Below are positions 7,496-16,289 of a stretch of 26,225 bases of DNA, piece by piece. The notes under the pieces were generated by a model that did not search any database, was not told where the DNA came from, and worked only from the letters and a program-made list of their open reading frames with translations. Numbering within the stretch: position 1 is the stretch's first letter; each line of letters begins with the position of its first letter. Origin of the DNA: Chthoniobacteraceae bacterium (GTDB lineage Bacteria; Verrucomicrobiota; Verrucomicrobiia; Chthoniobacterales; Chthoniobacteraceae). The stretch covers positions 1 to 26,225 of the forward strand of contig DASZPK010000724.1 of the NCBI GenBank assembly GCA_035550335.1. Direction: 5' to 3'. The translations under genes and the position numbers were made by a program.

Positions 7496-8265
7496 ACAAC
7501 CCGGATCCCTGGAACCATCTCCGAAGCCTCACCGCGGCACGCATCGCGCTCGGGCGCAGCGGCGGCAGCCTGCCCACGCGCGAGCGGCTCGACTTCCAGC
7601 TTGCCCACGCGCGCGCGAGGGACGCCGTGCTTGCGCCGTTCGACGCGGAAGAACTCGGCGCGCGCCTGCGCAAGTGCCCGCAGCCCGTCATGGTCGCGCA
7701 TTCCGCCGCGCGCAACCGCGCGGAATATCTGCGCCGTCCCGACCTTGGCCGCGCGCTTTTGCCCGAATCCCGGGCAACAATCGCGGAATACGCGGCACAC
7801 TCCGCCGCATGCGACCTCGTCATTATCGTTTCCGACGGCCTTTCCGCGCACGCCGCAGTCACACAATGCGAACCGCTCCTCGCCGCGTTCCTCCCGATGG
7901 CGGGCGCCAGCGGGTGGTCGCTCGCGCCTGTGATCGTCGCCCGCCATGCGCGCGTCGCTTTGCAGGATGAGATCGGCGCGCTGCTCAAGGCCCGTGTCTC
8001 GCTCATCCTCCTCGGCGAACGCCCCGGCCTCGGCAGCGCGGACAGCCTCGGCGCCTATTTCACCCATGGGCCGTTCAAAACCCGCACCGATGCCGACCGC
8101 AACTGCGTTTCCAACATCCGCGAAGGCGGGATCTCCACCGCGGACGCCGCGCGCAAACTTCACTACCTGATCGGAAAATCGCTCGCACTCGGCATCAGCG
8201 GTGTGCGGCTGAAGGACGAAAGCCCCGCGCTTTCCGCCGGCCCGCGTCCCGGGGAATTGGAGTAA
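7492..8265 (+). CDS. eutC: Ethanolamine ammonia-lyase small subunit, 257 aa
   Basis: ATG at 7492 overlaps the eutB stop (ATGA). Motifs TAARIALGRSG, LDFQLAHARARDAV, YLRRPDLGR, VSDGLSA, GERPGL and DADRNCVSNI. Confidence 0.96.
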   Translation: MNNPDPWNHLRSLTAARIALGRSGGSLPTRERLDFQLAHARARDAVLAPFDAEELGARLRKCPQPVMVAHSAARNRAEYLRRPDLGRALLPESRATIAEYAAHSAACDLVIIVSDGLSAHAAVTQCEPLLAAFLPMAGASGWSLAPVIVARHARVALQDEIGALLKARVSLILLGERPGLGSADSLGAYFTHGPFKTRTDADRNCVSNIREGGISTADAARKLHYLIGKSLALGISGVRLKDESPALSAGPRPGELE

Positions 8266-8340
8266 ACCGCAAAGGCCGCGAAGCCCGCAAAGATGACAGT
8301 GTAATTCGGGTTCTTCGCGGCCTTTGCTCCTTGGCGGCAA
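8263..8340. repeat. GCAAAG-family hairpin after eutC, possible terminator-like structure
   Basis: Perfect 15-bp inverted repeat GCAAAGGCCGCGAAG (8269-8283) / CTTCGCGGCCTTTGC (8313-8327). The element begins at the eutC TAA stop. Confidence 0.8.
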
Positions 8341-8385
8341 AAAATTCCGCAATTTCTTGTAAACAAAAACGCGCCTTCGCGCGTT
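8339..8385 (+). promoter_or_regulatory. Candidate ECF-type autoregulatory promoter
   Basis: A-tract, then GTAAAC (8359-8364), 17 nt and CGTT (8382-8385). This fits the general ECF AAC...CGT layout, directly upstream of an ECF gene. Confidence 0.5.
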
Positions 8386-8397
8386 TGGCTTGGTAGG

Positions 8398-8964
8398 ATG
8401 TACATCCAAAGCGGCACAACCCCCACCATGGTGCAGGACGATTACGAGCGGTTCGTGGCCCCGATCCAGGGGCGCATGGTGGATTGCGTCTGGAGGATTG
8501 TGCGCGACCCGCACGAGGCGCAGGACGTGGTGCAGGAGGCGCTCTTGCATGTGACGCAGCGTTTCCACGAAGTGCGCAAGCACCCGAACCCGACCGCGCT
8601 GCTGCTGCGGATCTGCGCGAACAAGGCGCTCGACCATGTGCGCCGCCACAAGACCCGTCGCGACGCACTGGAGCAAATGCCCGCAAAGCAGCACGACGGC
8701 GCCACGCCCTCGCGCGCGCTCGCGTGGAACGACGACATGGCGCAGGTGCTCGATTTCATCCGCACGATTCCGGAGCGCGAGGCGGAGGCGATCACCCTCC
8801 ACGCGCTGGAGGAGATGGATTACCCGGAGGTCGCCGCCGCGATGGGCTGCGCGGAATCGACCGTGCGCGTCTGGGTCGGGCGGGCGCGCGAGCGTTTCCG
8901 CGACGCCTTCCGCAAACAACAACCCTTTTTCTCTCCGGACAACCAAACCACGCCAAAGCCATGA
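8398..8964 (+). CDS. ECF RNA polymerase sigma factor
   Basis: Region 2: VWRIVRDPHEAQDVVQEALL...LLLRICANKALDHVRR. Region 4: IPEREAEAITLHALEEMDYPEVAAAMGCAESTVRVWVGRAR. Alternative start at 8428. Confidence 0.93.
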   Translation: MYIQSGTTPTMVQDDYERFVAPIQGRMVDCVWRIVRDPHEAQDVVQEALLHVTQRFHEVRKHPNPTALLLRICANKALDHVRRHKTRRDALEQMPAKQHDGATPSRALAWNDDMAQVLDFIRTIPEREAEAITLHALEEMDYPEVAAAMGCAESTVRVWVGRARERFRDAFRKQQPFFSPDNQTTPKP

Positions 8965-11900
8965 ATACCGATGATCTCGACCAGGCGCTCCGCGGGACCC
9001 TGGGGGGCCCGGCCCCCGCGGAAGTCCACGCGGACACCCAGCGCCATTTCGACGCCCTCGCGGCCGCCCTGCGGCGGCCGGGGGGAGCGCCGGAAGCCGC
9101 GCGCCGCCCGCTGCTGCCGGATTTTTTTAAACAACCGTTTATCCTCCTCTGGGTCGCCATCGTCCCGCAAATCATCCTGCTCCTGATCTGCCTGCGCGGC
9201 TACAACCTCATGGCCGCCGATCTCACCCCGGCGCAAAACACCATGTGGTTCGCGATGATGGGATGGCTGCTGGTCATGCTCCTGGGCGAGGGCGTGGCGA
9301 TGTTTTTCCTGCGCATCCAGAAACAGCGCGTGCCGCTGGCGATGGCCCTGGCGCTGATCGCCCTCCCGGTTTGCTACCTCTGGTTCGTCATGTTCCAGAC
9401 CGAGAACATAATCCCGCAGACGTTTGCGATCTGGGTGCTGCCGCCGGGGGAACTGATTTTCTACCAGTTCGCATTCATAATGCCGGTGATCATCTACGGC
9501 ACCCTGCGGCTGGCATGCATGGATTTGCGAATAAGGCGCTCGCAGGAAATCTCGCTCACGGCCTCCTCCATCGTGGCGCCGCCGCTCATCTTTCTCGGCC
9601 TGGCTGTGGTTGGGGGACCGTTCTGGGGGTACAAAGACGCATGGATGCTGCTCATCCCGGTCGGGATCGCCTGCACGGTGGTCATGTTCGCGGGCATCAC
9701 GCGCATTTGTGTGATTTTGTTTAACAGGATGCAGCGGAGCCGCCCCGGCGTGAAATCGGCGCTGATGTTCCTGATCTGTGTCGCCGCCCCGCTCGGCGGG
9801 CTGCTGCTGAATTCCTCGATCCCGTTCCCGGTGGATTTCCAGGCATGGCATGTTTACGCCCTTGCCGCGGTGAACGGCGTGCTCCTGATGCTGCCGCGGT
9901 TCCGCCAGCCGCTGGCGCGGCGGACGGTGTGGTTCGCGCAATGCGCGCTCTTTCCGTTCACGCTCTATTTCTTCGTCGTGTTCATGCCGTATCTCCCCTT
10001 CTCGATCCCGGCGATGATTTTGATCGGGCTCGGCTCGCTCATTCTCGTGCCGAGCGTGCTTTTCCTCATCCACGGCCAGCAGTTGATCGCCGGTTACCGC
10101 GAGGAGGCCGTGTCCGGCCACCGGCGCATGGCGATGGCCATGGCGGTCCTCGCGCTGCTCATCCTCCCCGGTATTTTCACCGCGGAAACGGTGAATGACC
10201 GCATGGTGCTGAACAGCGCTCTCGATTACGTCTACAATCCCGATTACAGCGCGCCCGCCGACCGTTTCGCGGGCGATCCCGCCGCCGTGGAGCGCAGCCT
10301 CGATCACCTGCGCGATTACAAGGCGGGCGTCTATATGCCGTTCCTCTCGGATTTTTACGACTGGTATGTCTTCGGCAAGCTCGTGCTGCCCGACGAGAAG
10401 ATGAACGCGATGCACACCGCGTTTTTCGGGCGCGAACTCGCGGCGTCGCGGGGCGACCGCATGGACTGGTATGGCGGCCGGCGCAACCCGCGCGAATCCT
10501 TTTCGGAAATCCCGCAGGGCCTCGAGCGCGGCCCCTCGGGCAAGACGACCGCCGAGTGCGTGACGCTCCAGTCGCGCGCCGCCGATGGCTGCGAATTCCG
10601 CACCGTCTCGCTTGATGTGACCAACCACGGCGACTTCAACGACGAATACGTGACCGCCATTCATCTCCCCGAGGGGACGATGATTTCCTCCTTCCGCCTG
10701 AAGGTCGGCAACGAGACCGTGCCCGGGCGCATCTGCGAGAAAAAAACCGCGCTGTGGGTTTACCAGACGATCCGCGATTACCAGGATTGGCCCGACCCCG
10801 GCCTGCTCGTCTACACCGACCCGGGCTCGGTGCAATTGCGAATCTCGCCGGTCGCGCCTGGCGAGACGCGCCACGCCGAGATCGAATTCGTCTATCCCGC
10901 CGGGTTGAACCCCGACATCCGCATCGGCGACAAACCGCTCGAAAAAGAAACCGCCACCAGCTCGCTCATCGTCACGCGCACCGCGGATGGCACCGCCTCG
11001 GCGATCATCACCCCCGCGATGCTGTCGCAACTCCCCGTCGCGCCGCGCGTGCCGTATCTCCATTTCATCGTGGACCGTTCCGCGCACTCGGGCATGAGCG
11101 ACGAACAGGTGCTCGATGCGATTCATTCAGCCTCGGCGAAATTTTCCGGGGCGAAGGAATGCTCCATTACGTTTGCCAATTACGAATCCGTGACCGCGGG
11201 TGGCGGCAACACGCCGCTCCTCGCGCTCGACCGCATCGACGCCTCCGCGCTAAACGATGTAAAACGCCTCCCAGCGCGCGGCGGGTTCCTCCCGGCCCGC
11301 GCAATGAAACGCGCGCTGCTGGAATACGGCCGCGAGCTCTCCACCAACGACGCCATGCGCGGGAAATATCCCGTATTCATCCTCATCACCGATTCCACGG
11401 AAAAACCGGCCGGGCTCGACCAATTCGAAGCCTTCGCGCGGCTCGCGCCCGACACCAATTATTTCTTCACCACCGCCGATGGCGGCGCACTCCAGCCCTG
11501 GTCTTTCACAGGCGATCGCGTCTCTTTCATACCGGGCAAGGCCAATTTGCTGGTCGTGCCTGAAAACCCGGACTGGTTCGACCCCAAGCCGGTCGCGCTG
11601 CTCAAAATGGGCGATGCCGTGGCCGCCTGCCCCGTCAACCCCGACGGCGACCCGCGCGAAATTTCCTTCGACTCGCCCAATGCGGCGGCGATCATTGCGG
11701 GATCATCGGGCCCCGTGGTGATGCACGACGTTTTGTCCATCCCGCCCAGGATCGCCGTGCTCGACCACGGGGCGTTCCGCGATCTCGCCCCCACGGCAAC
11801 GATCGGCCCTGCCACGCCCTACGCGCGCGGCGTGCGCGCGTGGCAGCAATATCTCGAATGGGTTTACAACCCGTCGCTCGGCAACCAGGGGCTGGCAAAC

Positions 11901-12134
11901 GTGGTGCGCATCAGCCGCGAGAGCGGAATCCTCACCGCGGCCACCTCGATGATCGTCGTGGAGAACGACGCGCAATGGAAGCTGCTCGATATCAAGCAAA
12001 CGCAAAAGCTCAACAACAAAACCGCGCTGGAATTCACGAACACCCCCGAGCCCTCCACATGGGCGCTCATCGGCATCGGCGGCGTGGCGCTCGTCTATGC
12101 CGTGCGCCGCAAACGCAAGGCGGCGGCAAAATAA
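8961..12134 (+). CDS. Polytopic membrane protein, MSEP-CTERM-like (VIT-like domain), with a C-terminal PEP-CTERM motif, 1057 aa
   Basis: ATG at 8961 overlaps the ECF stop (ATGA). About 11 TM helices, then ALDYVYNPDY, a VIT-like EKKTALWVYQTIR...DPGLL...RISP...EIEF segment and PYLHFIVD. Ends TSMIVVENDAQ...TPEPSTWALIGIGGVALVYAVRRKRK. Confidence 0.85.
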   Translation: MNTDDLDQALRGTLGGPAPAEVHADTQRHFDALAAALRRPGGAPEAARRPLLPDFFKQPFILLWVAIVPQIILLLICLRGYNLMAADLTPAQNTMWFAMMGWLLVMLLGEGVAMFFLRIQKQRVPLAMALALIALPVCYLWFVMFQTENIIPQTFAIWVLPPGELIFYQFAFIMPVIIYGTLRLACMDLRIRRSQEISLTASSIVAPPLIFLGLAVVGGPFWGYKDAWMLLIPVGIACTVVMFAGITRICVILFNRMQRSRPGVKSALMFLICVAAPLGGLLLNSSIPFPVDFQAWHVYALAAVNGVLLMLPRFRQPLARRTVWFAQCALFPFTLYFFVVFMPYLPFSIPAMILIGLGSLILVPSVLFLIHGQQLIAGYREEAVSGHRRMAMAMAVLALLILPGIFTAETVNDRMVLNSALDYVYNPDYSAPADRFAGDPAAVERSLDHLRDYKAGVYMPFLSDFYDWYVFGKLVLPDEKMNAMHTAFFGRELAASRGDRMDWYGGRRNPRESFSEIPQGLERGPSGKTTAECVTLQSRAADGCEFRTVSLDVTNHGDFNDEYVTAIHLPEGTMISSFRLKVGNETVPGRICEKKTALWVYQTIRDYQDWPDPGLLVYTDPGSVQLRISPVAPGETRHAEIEFVYPAGLNPDIRIGDKPLEKETATSSLIVTRTADGTASAIITPAMLSQLPVAPRVPYLHFIVDRSAHSGMSDEQVLDAIHSASAKFSGAKECSITFANYESVTAGGGNTPLLALDRIDASALNDVKRLPARGGFLPARAMKRALLEYGRELSTNDAMRGKYPVFILITDSTEKPAGLDQFEAFARLAPDTNYFFTTADGGALQPWSFTGDRVSFIPGKANLLVVPENPDWFDPKPVALLKMGDAVAACPVNPDGDPREISFDSPNAAAIIAGSSGPVVMHDVLSIPPRIAVLDHGAFRDLAPTATIGPATPYARGVRAWQQYLEWVYNPSLGNQGLANVVRISRESGILTAATSMIVVENDAQWKLLDIKQTQKLNNKTALEFTNTPEPSTWALIGIGGVALVYAVRRKRKAAAK

Positions 12135-12142
12135 ATCGCCGT

Positions 12143-12281
12143 TTGCGACCGGTAGGGGCCTGACCTCCGGGCAGCCCGCCGCGCGAATATAGTGCCTTGT
12201 TCCCGCGCGGCGGTCGGCCCGGCTCGCCCGCCCACCAGCCACCGCTATTCCCCTCCGCCACCTCGGAGGTCCGACCCTACC
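12143..12281. repeat. ~139-bp REP-doublet/MITE-like element, copy 2 (inverted relative to copy 1)
   Basis: Its reverse complement matches 2943-3080 nearly exactly at both ends, with a variable ~20-nt core. It sits between convergent genes. Confidence 0.9.
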
Positions 12282-12297
12282 ATGTCGAATTTGCGGT

Positions 12298-14004
12298 TTA
12301 TTTATTCCGGAAACTCCTCGCCGCCGCCGCGAATTTCTCCAGGTCGCCGTACTTGTTTTCCCACGTCGTGTACATCACGGCCTCGATGCCGTTTTTATCG
12401 TCGGCGCGGCGGAGCAGGTCGGTGATTTTTCCGGGGTCGCTGTCGTAGTAGCCGGCGATCAATTGCTTGTTGCCGCGCCCGGTGAACCACGCGAGGCTTT
12501 GCTCCCATTTGTCGAAGTTCCAGTTTGCCACGATCACGGACGGGTCGAGACCTTCCCACGAGCCCTTGTAACTCCCCTTCGCGAGGTAATAATGGTCGTG
12601 CGCGTTGTGGTTGGGGTCGAACATGTCGCTCCAGACGTAAAGCTTTGCCTGCGGGTTCAACTCGCGGAGGATTTTTGTGCAGGTGCGGAGGTTGTCGGCG
12701 AGGAGCGGGCCGGCGTCGAGTTTGCGCGCCTCGTCGGCGGGATCCCAGCCGAGGACGCGGATTTCGTCGTGCTCCATGAACCAGCGCTTCGGGTGCCAGA
12801 GGGCGTCGACGCGCTTCGCTTCGTCGCGCAGGAGGTCGACCGTCTGCGGCTCCGAGGGGGTGATCATCACCTTGCCGTCGTCGGTGGTGATGGCGTGGAA
12901 GAACGAGACGCTCAGTCTCGTGCCATCGGGCATGTTGCGCATCTTCATGACCGGCGGCTCGTGCCATACGTCGTACGCGCCCGGCCACGGGGTGCGCCCC
13001 ATCTTTGGATCGATCACGGGATCGAAATACTGGCCCTCCTTCACCTCCCAGCCCGCCTCGTCCACGCTCACCGACAGCGGCGCGGAGGGGCGGCGAACGA
13101 TGTTTAACAAGCCTGCCGGCTCAATCATGGGATTGCGCCACCAGACCTCGCCCTTCGAGTCGTCCCAGCCGGCGCGGAAGGAAATCGTGACGGCGGAGTG
13201 GTCGAGGGAATTGAAAACCACGTCGTAATCGCGCCAGTACTGCGTGGCTTTCACGTCGAGCGTCGCGTAATTCAGCTCCGCGTCGCCGCCGCCCTCGGGG
13301 AGCACCTGCACGAGGGCGGGGCCGCTGAAGCCCTGCGTCCTGATCCCCACGCGGATGTGGTACTGGTGGAACGGCGTGAGCTTCAGCTTCAACATCGCGC
13401 GCGCGTTTTTGCCGCCGCCGGGCGCGGCATGGGCGACGCCGTTTTCCATCTGCACGGCGGGATCGGCGTAGCTCCAATGTTTTACATTGAAAAACCCGCC
13501 ATCGGGGAACGCCAGTGTCTCACCCGGCTCGGGGGCCGGTTGGGCCACGCCGTTTTTCACGACGAAGAGCGCTCCCCTCACCGGCAGCGATTCCACGAGG
13601 TTCGGGTTGTGGGCCAGCAGCGCCTCGGACCACCCCATCGGGAAAACCGCGGGCACGATTTCGAGATGCAAATCGCCCGCGAGTTTCTTAACCTTCGCCG
13701 CGTTTTCGAAATAGACCGGCTCGACGGAATCGAGCTTCGCGAATTTGCTGTCGGTGAGCAGCACCTGCGTGTAACCCGCCGCCGCCGCGCGCCGCCAGAC
13801 CGCTTCGAGCGGCTTGAGGTTGTCGGTCACCTGCAGGTTCGTGGAGTAATAAAACCACAACTCCGGCGCGTGGGTTTGCGTTGCGGGGGCTGGCGCGGGC
13901 GGTTGCGGCGCTGTTGCCGCTTGTTGCACATCCGCGCAAAAGCAAAACCGCTGCGCCCCAATCAGGAGCGCAGCGGCGATTAAGAATTTGCGACCGGGCC
14001 GCAT
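12298..14004 (-). CDS. Secreted putative glycoside hydrolase (GH20-like TIM barrel with an inserted beta-rich/CBM-like region)
   Basis: Signal peptide MRPGRKFLIAAALLIGAQRFCFCA. WFMEHDEIR resembles the GH20 H-x-G-x-DE acid pair. Also YVWSDMFDP, NWN and VMYTTW. The product call is tentative. Confidence 0.65.
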   Translation of the reverse strand: MRPGRKFLIAAALLIGAQRFCFCADVQQAATAPQPPAPAPATQTHAPELWFYYSTNLQVTDNLKPLEAVWRRAAAAGYTQVLLTDSKFAKLDSVEPVYFENAAKVKKLAGDLHLEIVPAVFPMGWSEALLAHNPNLVESLPVRGALFVVKNGVAQPAPEPGETLAFPDGGFFNVKHWSYADPAVQMENGVAHAAPGGGKNARAMLKLKLTPFHQYHIRVGIRTQGFSGPALVQVLPEGGGDAELNYATLDVKATQYWRDYDVVFNSLDHSAVTISFRAGWDDSKGEVWWRNPMIEPAGLLNIVRRPSAPLSVSVDEAGWEVKEGQYFDPVIDPKMGRTPWPGAYDVWHEPPVMKMRNMPDGTRLSVSFFHAITTDDGKVMITPSEPQTVDLLRDEAKRVDALWHPKRWFMEHDEIRVLGWDPADEARKLDAGPLLADNLRTCTKILRELNPQAKLYVWSDMFDPNHNAHDHYYLAKGSYKGSWEGLDPSVIVANWNFDKWEQSLAWFTGRGNKQLIAGYYDSDPGKITDLLRRADDKNGIEAVMYTTWENKYGDLEKFAAAARSFRNK

Positions 14005-14027
14005 GAGCGACAGGTCAGTTTGCTAAA

Positions 14028-14609
14028 TTATTCCTTGGAGAGGGTGTAGCCTTCCTTCTTGGCTTCGTCCTCGGTCATGTATTTGCCGTGGGTGGTCGTC
14101 CCGTAGTACTTCGAGCCTTCCTTGTGGTACTTCTTGGTCGAAGTATTCACCCACACGTCGCCGGGCTTGGCGCCGGGAGCCGGGGTCGCGGAAGCGGAGG
14201 CGGTGGATTTCTTGGCCTTCGGGGTCGCCGAAGCGGCCGGGCTCGGGCTCGCGCTCGGGCCGGTGCCGGTCAGCTTTTCAAGCAGGGTCTTCTTCGGAGT
14301 GGCCGAAGGGGAAGCTGCGGGCGAAGGGCTCGGGCTGGCCTTGGCCTTCTTTTTCTTCGGGGTGGCCGAAGGCGAAGCGGCGGGCGTGGGGCTGGCCTTT
14401 GCGGTTTCCTTGCCGGCAACGGTGGCGGCAGGGCTCGCGGCCGGGGTCGGCGTGGCCTTGACTTTGGTTTTTTTGGTTTTCTTCGGGGACGCCGAAGGAG
14501 ATGCAGCCGGAGACGCGCTCGGGCTCGGTGAAGCTGCCGCGTCCTGGGCCTTGGCCAAGGGGGCAGCGAACAATGCTGTTGCTACGAGAAGTAGTAAGGT
14601 TTTGCGCAT
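14028..14609 (-). CDS. Exported Ala/Ser/Pro/Lys-rich low-complexity protein with a small C-terminal domain
   Basis: Signal peptide MRKTLLLLVATALFAAPLAKA (ATG at 14609; ORF track start 14621). Repeated ASPS(A)TPKK units. C-terminal VWVNTSTKKYHKEGSKYYGTTTHGKYMTEDEAKKEGY. Confidence 0.85.
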   Translation of the reverse strand: MRKTLLLLVATALFAAPLAKAQDAAASPSPSASPAASPSASPKKTKKTKVKATPTPAASPAATVAGKETAKASPTPAASPSATPKKKKAKASPSPSPAASPSATPKKTLLEKLTGTGPSASPSPAASATPKAKKSTASASATPAPGAKPGDVWVNTSTKKYHKEGSKYYGTTTHGKYMTEDEAKKEGYTLSKE

Positions 14610-14708
14610 AAGTGGGCACATGCTTTAGACGAACGCTTCACGTTGTCAAGCGCTCATTTTTTCACCATTTCAATGCATGGTTTCCTTCAGTTTGCGCCGG
14701 GAATGTCA

Positions 14709-16145
14709 CTAATCGTCTGAGGAAAACAGGCCGTCCACGGTCTTGATTGCCTCCTCCCGAAGGACGGCCGAGTTGCCCGCGAAACACCCGCGCACGATCC
14801 CCTTCGCATCGATGACGACGAGCATCGGGCATCCGCATGTTTTGTATTTCTCCGCCAGCTCCGCGCCTCTCACCATCGGGTAATTCACTTTCAACGCCTC
14901 CATCACCAGGCGCGCGTCGTTTTCATTCGGATCGGTGTTCACTCCGACCACAGCGACCAGTTTTCCGGCATAGTGCCGCGCGATATCCATGACTTGCGGG
15001 ATATCCAGCACGCAGAGGGCGCAATTCTTGTCCCAGAAATCCAGAATCAGCACCCTGCCCTTGTATTCGTCCAGCGCATGCTGGTTCCCGTCGAGATCGC
15101 TCGTCATCCAATCCGGGGCCGGTTTGTTCAACAACGTCTGCGCCGTCTCCCCGCCGCCAAACATTTTCGAGCTCTCTTCCACTTGGGCAATCATCGCGTC
15201 GAATTGGTCGGTGACGACCCCGAGCTTCACTTTCCGGCGCGCATCCGCGAGCTGCTTCCGCGCTTTCTCCAGTGCTTCCCGCGGGCTGCATGCGCCGTTT
15301 CCGACCGCGGCCCCCTCCTCCTGCACGAAATCCCGCGCGGCATCGAGCGCGACGGTCTCCCGGGAAAGTTGATCGAGCCACTGCGAATCCTTGTCGCGCA
15401 CCGATTTCAATTCCTCCATGCTGGACGCCCCGCCGGCCAAGCCCGCGCCGAAGCTGTCTTCCTCGACGAATTTCGTAACAACGCCGCGCGCCCCGTCAAA
15501 TTCGACGCGCAACAGCGTGTCCATGATGAGACCGTCATCGGAACCGCCCGCCCGTCTTCCCTCGAATACCCACCGGCCGGCCGCGGCATCGCTTTCCACC
15601 GTGGAACGGTAACTCGTCGTGGCGCCGGACGGGTCGGGCGTGCTCCACCCTCCCTGCGCCTCCGCATCATCGGCGGCGAGTTTGATAAACAGGCTGCCGA
15701 GGCGCTCTTCCTGGCTATACGCCGACGCGCCGGCGATACGTCCATCGGGAAACAATTCGAAGCTGCCGAGCGCATCCTCGTCCTGCGCTTGCGCGGCGGC
15801 GGAGCCAGTGGCGTCCGCCGTTGTTGCGGTGCGCGTGGCTGCCGCTGTGTGTTTTACACACGCAACCAGATGCCAGCTTCCATCGTCATTCAAGCGGGTG
15901 ACCCAGAATGTCGTCCGATCCGTGGCTTTCACGGAATCGGGACCCGACCCGATCTGCGTCGAGCCTTCATACACATATTCCTGGCCCACCTTGAGTTTGT
16001 AAGTCAACGAATGAACATCCCCCGCCCGCGCGGCGACAGTGGTGACCGCCACCACTGCCATGGCAACCGCGGCAGCCATTATTTTTATCAACGCGCGTAA
16101 AACAGGCGCGCGACCTCCCGCACAAGATTTCCCCCGTGTTTTCAT
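14709..16145 (-). CDS. Exported TlpA/ResA-like thioredoxin-fold protein with a large N-terminal domain
   Basis: C-terminal KPAPDW...YKGRVLILDFWDKNCALC...VVGVNTD...PMLVVIDAKGIVR, with CxxC = CALC. Signal-like AAAVAMAVVAVTTVAARA. The start may be ATG 16079. Confidence 0.82.
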   Translation of the reverse strand: MKTRGKSCAGGRAPVLRALIKIMAAAVAMAVVAVTTVAARAGDVHSLTYKLKVGQEYVYEGSTQIGSGPDSVKATDRTTFWVTRLNDDGSWHLVACVKHTAAATRTATTADATGSAAAQAQDEDALGSFELFPDGRIAGASAYSQEERLGSLFIKLAADDAEAQGGWSTPDPSGATTSYRSTVESDAAAGRWVFEGRRAGGSDDGLIMDTLLRVEFDGARGVVTKFVEEDSFGAGLAGGASSMEELKSVRDKDSQWLDQLSRETVALDAARDFVQEEGAAVGNGACSPREALEKARKQLADARRKVKLGVVTDQFDAMIAQVEESSKMFGGGETAQTLLNKPAPDWMTSDLDGNQHALDEYKGRVLILDFWDKNCALCVLDIPQVMDIARHYAGKLVAVVGVNTDPNENDARLVMEALKVNYPMVRGAELAEKYKTCGCPMLVVIDAKGIVRGCFAGNSAVLREEAIKTVDGLFSSDD

Positions 16146-16189
16146 AGTAGTATGACTTCGCCTCCAACCCTGTACAGAAGGATAGACGG

Positions 16190-16220
16190 GGAAATGTTAC
16201 ATCCGCGCGGAATATTTTTT
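16190..16220 (-). promoter_or_regulatory. Candidate ECF-type -35/UP element upstream of the redoxin gene
   Basis: Minus strand AAAAAATATTCCGCGCGGA-TGTAACA-TTTCC, resembling TGTCACACTTCC upstream of the adjacent ECF gene. Confidence 0.4.
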
Positions 16221-16289
16221 CGGCGGCGAATTTGAAACCGGGTCGCAACGGTTGTTTTCGCGCGTAAACCAGGAAGAAGCGCGTTTTCG

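Noticed and set aside
8484-8960. First 159 aa of the 1216-aa ORF
   Set aside because: Overlaps the ECF gene out of frame, with Arg/Ala-rich shadow composition. The coupled ATG at 8961 is preferred.
7360-11126. Long minus-strand ORFs 7360..8946 and 8820..11126
   Set aside because: Antisense shadows of well-supported plus-strand genes, expected in high-GC DNA, with no motifs.
14160-14530. Possible CRISPR or tandem DNA array
   Set aside because: The repeats are degenerate and in frame, and encode the ASPSATPKK protein repeats. There is no constant repeat with unique spacers, and no cas genes.
14622-14649. sigma70 promoter with a perfect TTGACA on the minus strand
   Set aside because: The -10 candidate (TAAAGC at a 16-nt spacing) lacks the conserved final T. 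Too weak to call.
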